NCBI RefSeq assembly: GCF_009914755.1
Contig: NC_060925.1
Strand: one strand, 5' to 3'
From: the human T2T-CHM13v2.0 reference genome, Homo sapiens
DNA length: 64,000 bases
A program made the position numbers and the translations under genes. The notes under the pieces were generated by a model that saw only the letters and a program-made list of their open reading frames with translations, was not told the origin of the DNA and did no database searches. This document shows positions 57,289 through 64,000 of the stretch, one piece after another (position 1 is the first letter of the stretch; each line of letters starts with the position of its first letter).

Positions 57289-57588
57289 TTTTGTTTTTGT
57301 TTTTGAGACGGGAGTCTTGCTCTGTTTCCCAGGCTGGAGTGCCATGGCATGATCTCGCCGCACTGCAACCTCCGCCACCCGGTTTCGAGCAATTCTTCCT
57401 GCCTCAGCCTCCTGAGTAGCTGGGATTACAGGCGCCTGGCACCAAGCCCCGCTAATTTTTGTATTTTTGGTGGAGACGGGGTTTCACCATGTTGGCCAGG
57501 CTGGTCTCAAACTCCTGACCTCAGGTGATCTGCCCACCTCGGCCTCCCAAAGTGCTGGGATTATAGACGTGAGCCACCATGCCCGGCC
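57289..57588 (-). mobile_element. AluS (Sx-like)
   Basis: Full dimer with a degenerate TSD, TA(G/C)AAACA(G/C)ATT. Confidence 0.93.
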
Positions 57589-58254
57589 TACAAACACATT
57601 ATTATTAGACAACATGATAGCAATTTGAAGGAAAAGGTAGTGCTTGAGCTGGGACTTAATAAGGAAAAGTTCAATAGAAAGAAAAAAGAAAAATGGGCTG
57701 GAGAAAACAGCAAGGGCACAAAACTTCTGGTGGGGGGTGGCAGAGTAGACAATGTGCTGGAAGAGAGGAGCTCATCTGAGGTTGGAGTGGTCATGTGCTG
57801 TCTGTTATTCAGTGTTACCATTCTTGCGGGGAGTCTGGGGCCGGAGCTGGTGACTGTGTGTGAAGTTACAGTACTCTGTACTCTGTTGCTATGCCCACTG
57901 CCACTACCTTTGAACTTTTCTTTTCCCACTGGGAAGGTGGACAGCCTCTTCTATTTCCTGGGATCAAAGCCTGTCCTGAGTACAAGGTGCTTGAAAACTA
58001 CCATTGACACTTCAACAGCTGCAAAATAACACTGGTTGCAAGAATCCAACAATGTCTCTGCTGTGTGGTCCTTTAACTGTTTATTTTTATGCTGGGACCT
58101 GGCTTAGAGTGTTCATTCTTGCATAGATCCAGGTTGCTTTGTGGTAGCAATTCAGGTTAATAAAATGCTCCTCTGCCCAATACCATCTGTAGATGTTAAT
58201 AAATGTTCTCAAGGAATTTTTAGGATGCTGAAGATGATGATCAAGATCTCAAAA

Positions 58255-58720
58255 TCATTTCATTGATTAAGTACCTACTATGTGTCAGGCATTGGATACA
58301 TAGGACAAAGAAGGAAGTGGGCATAGTGCATATCTTCATTGAATTGGTAATCCAATGGGAGATCAGACAAGTAAATACAGTGTGATAAGGGCTGTGATGG
58401 GCGGAGGTACAGAGTATTGTGGGAACACATGGAAGAAACACCTCACCCATACTAGGAGATCAGGGAAGGCTTTCTGGAAAAGGCTGCAGAAACCTGATAG
58501 CCTAGTGAAGAGGAGTAGGGAGGAAGTAATCAAGGCAGAGGAAACAAAGTGTTGGAGAGGCTGAACACAAGGGAGAGAATGGCTTGTTAGAGAAACTGGC
58601 AGAAGTTACTGGCCTGGAACAGAGAGAGCCTGAAGAGTTTTTACCAAGGGACCCATGGCAAGATGGAAAAGGGATTAAAGGAGGTAAAGACTGGCAGCAG
58701 AAAGACCAGTTGTAATAATC
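58255..58720 (-). mobile_element. L2 fragment
   Basis: attaagtacctactatgtgtcaggcattgg...atcagggaaggctttctggaa. Confidence 0.7.
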
Positions 58721-59022
58721 ATGGTGTAAAAGACAAATAACCAATGTCCTCAGTACACTGACTTTCAAAATTCACTTATCTCTCAATCTGCCAAGCCAGA
58801 CATCCTGGCCTCCCTAGAACCAGATACAATTACAGTCACATGTCTCTTCATGGGGATACCTTCTGAGAAATGTATTGTTAGGCAATTTCATTGTTGTGTA
58901 AATATCAGAGTGTACTTACACAAAGCTAGATGGTGTGTGTGTGTATATGCATGTATGTATGTATTCATATGGAAAACCAAATTCCCAACATCATTACTGA
59001 ATATCAGTCCTTTCCCCTACTT

Positions 59023-59367
59023 CAGGAGTCCCCGGGCCCCAGGCTGCAGACTGGTACCTGTCGAGAGCTGTTAGGAACTGGGCTTCACGGCAGTAGGTGA
59101 GCGGCGGGAGAGTGAGCATTACTGCCTGAGCTCCGTTTTGTGTCAGATCAGCAGCAGCATTAGATTCTCATAGTAGCATGAATCCTATCATGAACTGCTC
59201 ATGTGAGGGATCTAGGTTGTGCACACCTTGTGAGAATCTAATGCCTGATGATCCAACCAAGATGAAACAGTTTCATCCCAAAACCATCTCTCCCCCCAAC
59301 CCCCATTTCTGGAAAAATTGTCTTCTACAAAACTTGTCTGTGGTGCCAAAAAGGTTGAGGACCGCTG
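59023..59367 (+). mobile_element. MER1B hAT-Charlie element
   Basis: CAGG...CGCTG termini and a perfect 8-bp TSD CCCTACTT (59015-59022, 59368-59375). Confidence 0.92.
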
Positions 59368-59397
59368 CCCTACTTGATCTGTAATGCCAGTGATTAG

Positions 59398-59702
<305 letters not shown>

Positions 59703-60696
59703 TCGTATCTTATGGGACCACCATCATATATGCAGTCCATTGTTGACCAAAACACCATTATGCAGTTCATGACTCTTTTTAAAAAGTAAAGAAAAATCCT
59801 ATTTGAAAGAACTATTACATGCAAAAAAATCTATTGTTCCTATTACTCATGCAGATGGCCCTTTAAAGCCATGGTCCCCAGGTATGACTGTTACGTTCCT
59901 TGCCAGAAATAAACCTGTGCAAGGTGTACTCTCTAGTCTCTGTATGTGAAGTAAGAGTCATTCTGTGCTTGATGCTGTGTTTTGTGCATTCTAGATAGGA
60001 ACTGAAGAGCTCAAAATGACATGAGGTTGAGCTGTTTCTCATTTAGGTTAGCTTGCTGTGATTCCAGTAGCTTTTCTTCCTGCTTATCCAAGCCATTCAT
60101 GAAAGCAAAACCCACACAAGATACAGGAGCTCAGAATAAAAGGAGTTCAAGTGGGCGTGTTATCTCCCACTTCCCCTACTAAGGTACAAAGTTATTTTTC
60201 TTTTTTTCACTTCCTTGGTAATTTTTTTTTTTTTTTTTTTTTTTTACAAAGACTGGTTACCAGGCATTTCATACTTAAGCCCTGAAGTCTGGGAATGTGA
60301 TTTCTAACAATTTTATGTTTGGAGTTCTTAGACTTGTGTTTACCTGCTTACATAAGAGATAATTTTGCTTACAAAACTAACTACAGATGTGATCATTGCT
60401 GTAGTATTCATTGTATTTTATTAAAAAATATTATGAACCTACTCTGTGCAGTACTAGGTATGTGGAAGGGTTTCGGAAAAAAAAAAAAAAAAAAAAAGAC
60501 CTGGTCCCTGCCTTCAGAAACTTAATTTAAAACAGAGCAGAATCAAAGTACTAATGCCACCTTTCTTCATTGTGTCATCCAAGGAAGACACAAGTAATCA
60601 GTCACAGCACTGTTTCCTACTGAAACCAGAATCAGCCTCAGAATCCTCCTCAACACAGCATTCCAGACAACCCATGAATAGATAATTCATCTTCCT

Positions 60697-61101
<405 letters not shown>

Positions 61102-62220
61102 TTAAAGAAATAACATGATTTCTTTCTTTAAAAAAGACAAAGCAATATAAATATGGAAACCCAAGAACCTCTCAAGAAATGAAAATATGGTCATGTGGTT
61201 TTTCAAGAAGTTGAAACATTCAGTTCATGCACATAATTAGAGAAGCCCATTCCCATTACTTGCCACTAGAAACACTGTTTTTCTTGGTTACTTCCAGGAT
61301 GATTGTCCTTGTCCTTTATTATTTGTATAAACTAGTTCCGTGCTATAAAGCTGTCAGCTGATAGTGAATAATAACCACATTTTCAAGTTTCCTGGCACCG
61401 GGGCTTCATTCATGGCTGCTCGGGTCACCTGCTTTGGTAGAGATCGTATGTCTTCCTGGTGCTGACTTATTCAGCATCACCATCATTGATTATTTCATGG
61501 CCACCTGAGTCTTGAGCTGTCTTCTCAATCCACATGCTTTCCATAGGACTGCATCAAAGGCCAGAGTTTCAGCTATATATATTGATAAATCCCAAGTGTG
61601 TATAGTAAGACTCCTCCTAAACGCTAGACCCTTAGTTTCAACTGTTCATGGACACTTCCACCAGAGTGATTGGAGCTAACGTAAACAGCTAACAAACACT
61701 TGTGGCCAGAGGATGTGCTAAGAGCGTTACAATCATTACTTAATTTAACCTTTCCAACAACCCTTAGAAGTTTTCATCCCTATTATACAGATGGGAAATA
61801 CACAAGGCTTAAGGAATCAACCATTAGTAAGTGTTAGAACTAAGTCTGGAACATAAGACTATCCAAAGTTTAACGGTATTTAATGGTATACACAGACCTT
61901 TCAATTTTGGCTTATACAAAATAAGAGTCATCCCACTCCTTGACCTCCAAATTTCAGTCTTAACCTTTAATGAGTCCACAACAAATGCCATCCTGCTGTC
62001 ATACCCTCCTTCAAGGTCCACTAAGTAACCACTATGGACTTGGTGCAGTCTGTCATAATTTCTTACCTAGAATGCAATTCTTACTCATTCTTTCCCTCTT
62101 CCCTTGCACTAGGAGAGAAAAGCTGTATATTCCCCTTTTAGTTTATTTTCTACTACATTTATATTGGATAAAAAGATAGGACCTGAATGAGAAAACTTTA
62201 GTTAGGAGCAGGCATAGGGT

Positions 62221-62284
62221 TTTTCTCATTTACTCTTTTCATTTGCATCTCTAGAATAATGTCTTTTGTCTTCTTGTTTTCTAG
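62221..62284 (+). promoter_or_regulatory. 3' splice acceptor of the LRRC8D coding exon
   Basis: gtcttttgtcttcttgttttctAG|GAATG: pyrimidine tract, AG at 62283-62284, and the ATG 2 nt into the exon. Confidence 0.9.
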
Positions 62285-62286
62285 GA

Positions 62287-64000
62287 ATGTTTACCCTTGC
62301 GGAAGTTGCATCACTTAATGACATTCAGCCAACTTACCGAATCCTGAAACCATGGTGGGATGTGTTTATGGATTACCTAGCTGTTGTTATGTTAATGGTA
62401 GCCATCTTTGCAGGAACCATGCAACTTACCAAAGATCAGGTGGTCTGTTTGCCAGTATTGCCATCTCCTGTAAATTCAAAGGCACATACACCACCAGGAA
62501 ATGCCGAGGTCACCACCAACATCCCAAAGATGGAAGCAGCCACCAACCAAGACCAAGATGGGCGGACAACAAACGACATTTCCTTTGGGACATCTGCTGT
62601 GACACCTGACATACCTCTCAGAGCCACATATCCTCGCACAGATTTCGCACTTCCAAATCAGGAGGCAAAGAAAGAGAAGAAAGATCCAACAGGTCGAAAA
62701 ACAAACTTGGATTTTCAGCAATATGTATTTATTAATCAAATGTGTTACCATCTGGCCCTTCCGTGGTATTCTAAGTACTTTCCATACCTAGCTCTTATAC
62801 ATACTATTATTCTCATGGTCAGTAGCAACTTTTGGTTCAAATATCCCAAAACATGCTCAAAAGTAGAACATTTTGTTTCAATATTAGGAAAGTGCTTTGA
62901 ATCCCCTTGGACGACAAAAGCGTTGTCTGAGACAGCATGCGAAGACTCAGAGGAAAACAAGCAGAGAATAACAGGTGCCCAGACTCTACCAAAGCATGTT
63001 TCTACCAGCAGTGATGAAGGGAGCCCCAGTGCCAGTACACCAATGATCAATAAAACTGGCTTTAAATTTTCAGCTGAGAAGCCTGTGATTGAAGTTCCCA
63101 GCATGACAATCCTGGATAAAAAGGATGGAGAGCAGGCCAAAGCCCTGTTTGAGAAAGTGAGGAAGTTCCGTGCCCATGTGGAAGATAGTGACTTGATCTA
63201 TAAACTCTATGTGGTCCAAACAGTTATCAAAACAGCCAAGTTCATTTTTATTCTCTGCTATACAGCGAACTTTGTCAACGCAATCAGCTTTGAACACGTC
63301 TGCAAGCCCAAAGTTGAGCATCTGATTGGTTATGAGGTATTTGAGTGCACCCACAATATGGCTTACATGTTGAAAAAGCTTCTCATCAGTTACATATCCA
63401 TTATTTGTGTTTATGGCTTTATCTGCCTCTACACTCTCTTCTGGTTATTCAGGATACCTTTGAAGGAATATTCTTTCGAAAAAGTCAGAGAAGAGAGCAG
63501 TTTTAGTGACATTCCAGATGTCAAAAACGATTTTGCGTTCCTTCTTCACATGGTAGACCAGTATGACCAGCTATATTCCAAGCGTTTTGGTGTGTTCTTG
63601 TCAGAAGTTAGTGAAAATAAACTTAGGGAAATTAGTTTGAACCATGAGTGGACATTTGAAAAACTCAGGCAGCACATTTCACGCAACGCCCAGGACAAGC
63701 AGGAGTTGCATCTGTTCATGCTGTCGGGGGTGCCCGATGCTGTCTTTGACCTCACAGACCTGGATGTGCTAAAGCTTGAACTAATTCCAGAAGCTAAAAT
63801 TCCTGCTAAGATTTCTCAAATGACTAACCTCCAAGAGCTCCACCTCTGCCACTGCCCTGCAAAAGTTGAACAGACTGCTTTTAGCTTTCTTCGCGATCAC
63901 TTGAGATGCCTTCACGTGAAGTTCACTGATGTGGCTGAAATTCCTGCCTGGGTGTATTTGCTCAAAAACCTTCGAGAGTTGTACTTAATAGGCAATTTGA
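62287..64000 (+). CDS. LRRC8D: Leucine-rich repeat-containing 8 VRAC subunit D, 5' part (codons 1-571; runs off the window)
   Basis: Hand translation is open for 571 codons: MFTLAEVASLNDIQPTYRILKPWWDVFMDYL...NLDFQQYVFINQMCY...SNFWFKYP...FESPWTTKALSE...LDKKDGEQAKALFEKV...DIPDVKNDFAFLLHMVDQYD...LQELHLCHC...LRELYLIGNL. It carries the LRRC8 motifs, four hydrophobic TM segments and LxxLxL repeats. The long first extracellular loop and F143 at the LRRC8A-R103 position identify paralog D. Confidence 0.98.
   Translation, partial: MFTLAEVASLNDIQPTYRILKPWWDVFMDYLAVVMLMVAIFAGTMQLTKDQVVCLPVLPSPVNSKAHTPPGNAEVTTNIPKMEAATNQDQDGRTTNDISFGTSAVTPDIPLRATYPRTDFALPNQEAKKEKKDPTGRKTNLDFQQYVFINQMCYHLALPWYSKYFPYLALIHTIILMVSSNFWFKYPKTCSKVEHFVSILGKCFESPWTTKALSETACEDSEENKQRITGAQTLPKHVSTSSDEGSPSASTPMINKTGFKFSAEKPVIEVPSMTILDKKDGEQAKALFEKVRKFRAHVEDSDLIYKLYVVQTVIKTAKFIFILCYTANFVNAISFEHVCKPKVEHLIGYEVFECTHNMAYMLKKLLISYISIICVYGFICLYTLFWLFRIPLKEYSFEKVREESSFSDIPDVKNDFAFLLHMVDQYDQLYSKRFGVFLSEVSENKLREISLNHEWTFEKLRQHISRNAQDKQELHLFMLSGVPDAVFDLTDLDVLKLELIPEAKIPAKISQMTNLQELHLCHCPAKVEQTAFSFLRDHLRCLHVKFTDVAEIPAWVYLLKNLRELYLIGNL

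Noticed and set aside
62436-63755. Minus-strand ORFs overlapping LRRC8D
   Set aside because: Antisense shadows of a real CDS with no independent support.

Overview
Primate (most likely human) genomic DNA from the LRRC8D locus, which encodes a subunit of the volume-regulated anion channel (VRAC), on the + strand. Bases 1-62284 read as one long, CpG-poor, repeat-rich intron that lies upstream of the start codon. The coding exon begins at 62285, with the ATG at 62287. The reading frame stays open for 571 codons to the window edge and so has no stop codon, which is probably why the supplied ORF track missed it. It covers the four-TM pannexin-like domain and the first leucine-rich repeats. The intron holds about 14 Alu dimers plus FAM/FLAM monomers, L1 (L1PA/PB, L1MC, L1ME), L2 and MIR fragments, DNA transposons (MER1A, MER1B, Tigger3a, MADE1, MER53, MER58A, MER3, MER5A), MaLR and LTR12 solo LTRs, a probable retrocopied 3' UTR and several microsatellites. 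I found no new gene system. The most unusual structure is a 103-bp, 95%-identical non-repeat inverted duplication (9502-9604 / 10147-10249) inserted into an old L2 with a hairpin-rich filler. It looks like a templated-insertion repair scar and could form long dsRNA in the pre-mRNA. Other notable items are an internally collapsed solo LTR12C with intact ends and TSD, a nested Tigger3a/L1/MER1B/Alu block, and a tandem 3' splice site that could add an overlapping uORF. Repeat subfamily calls come from recalled consensus motifs rather than a RepeatMasker run, and boundaries of old repeats are approximate.
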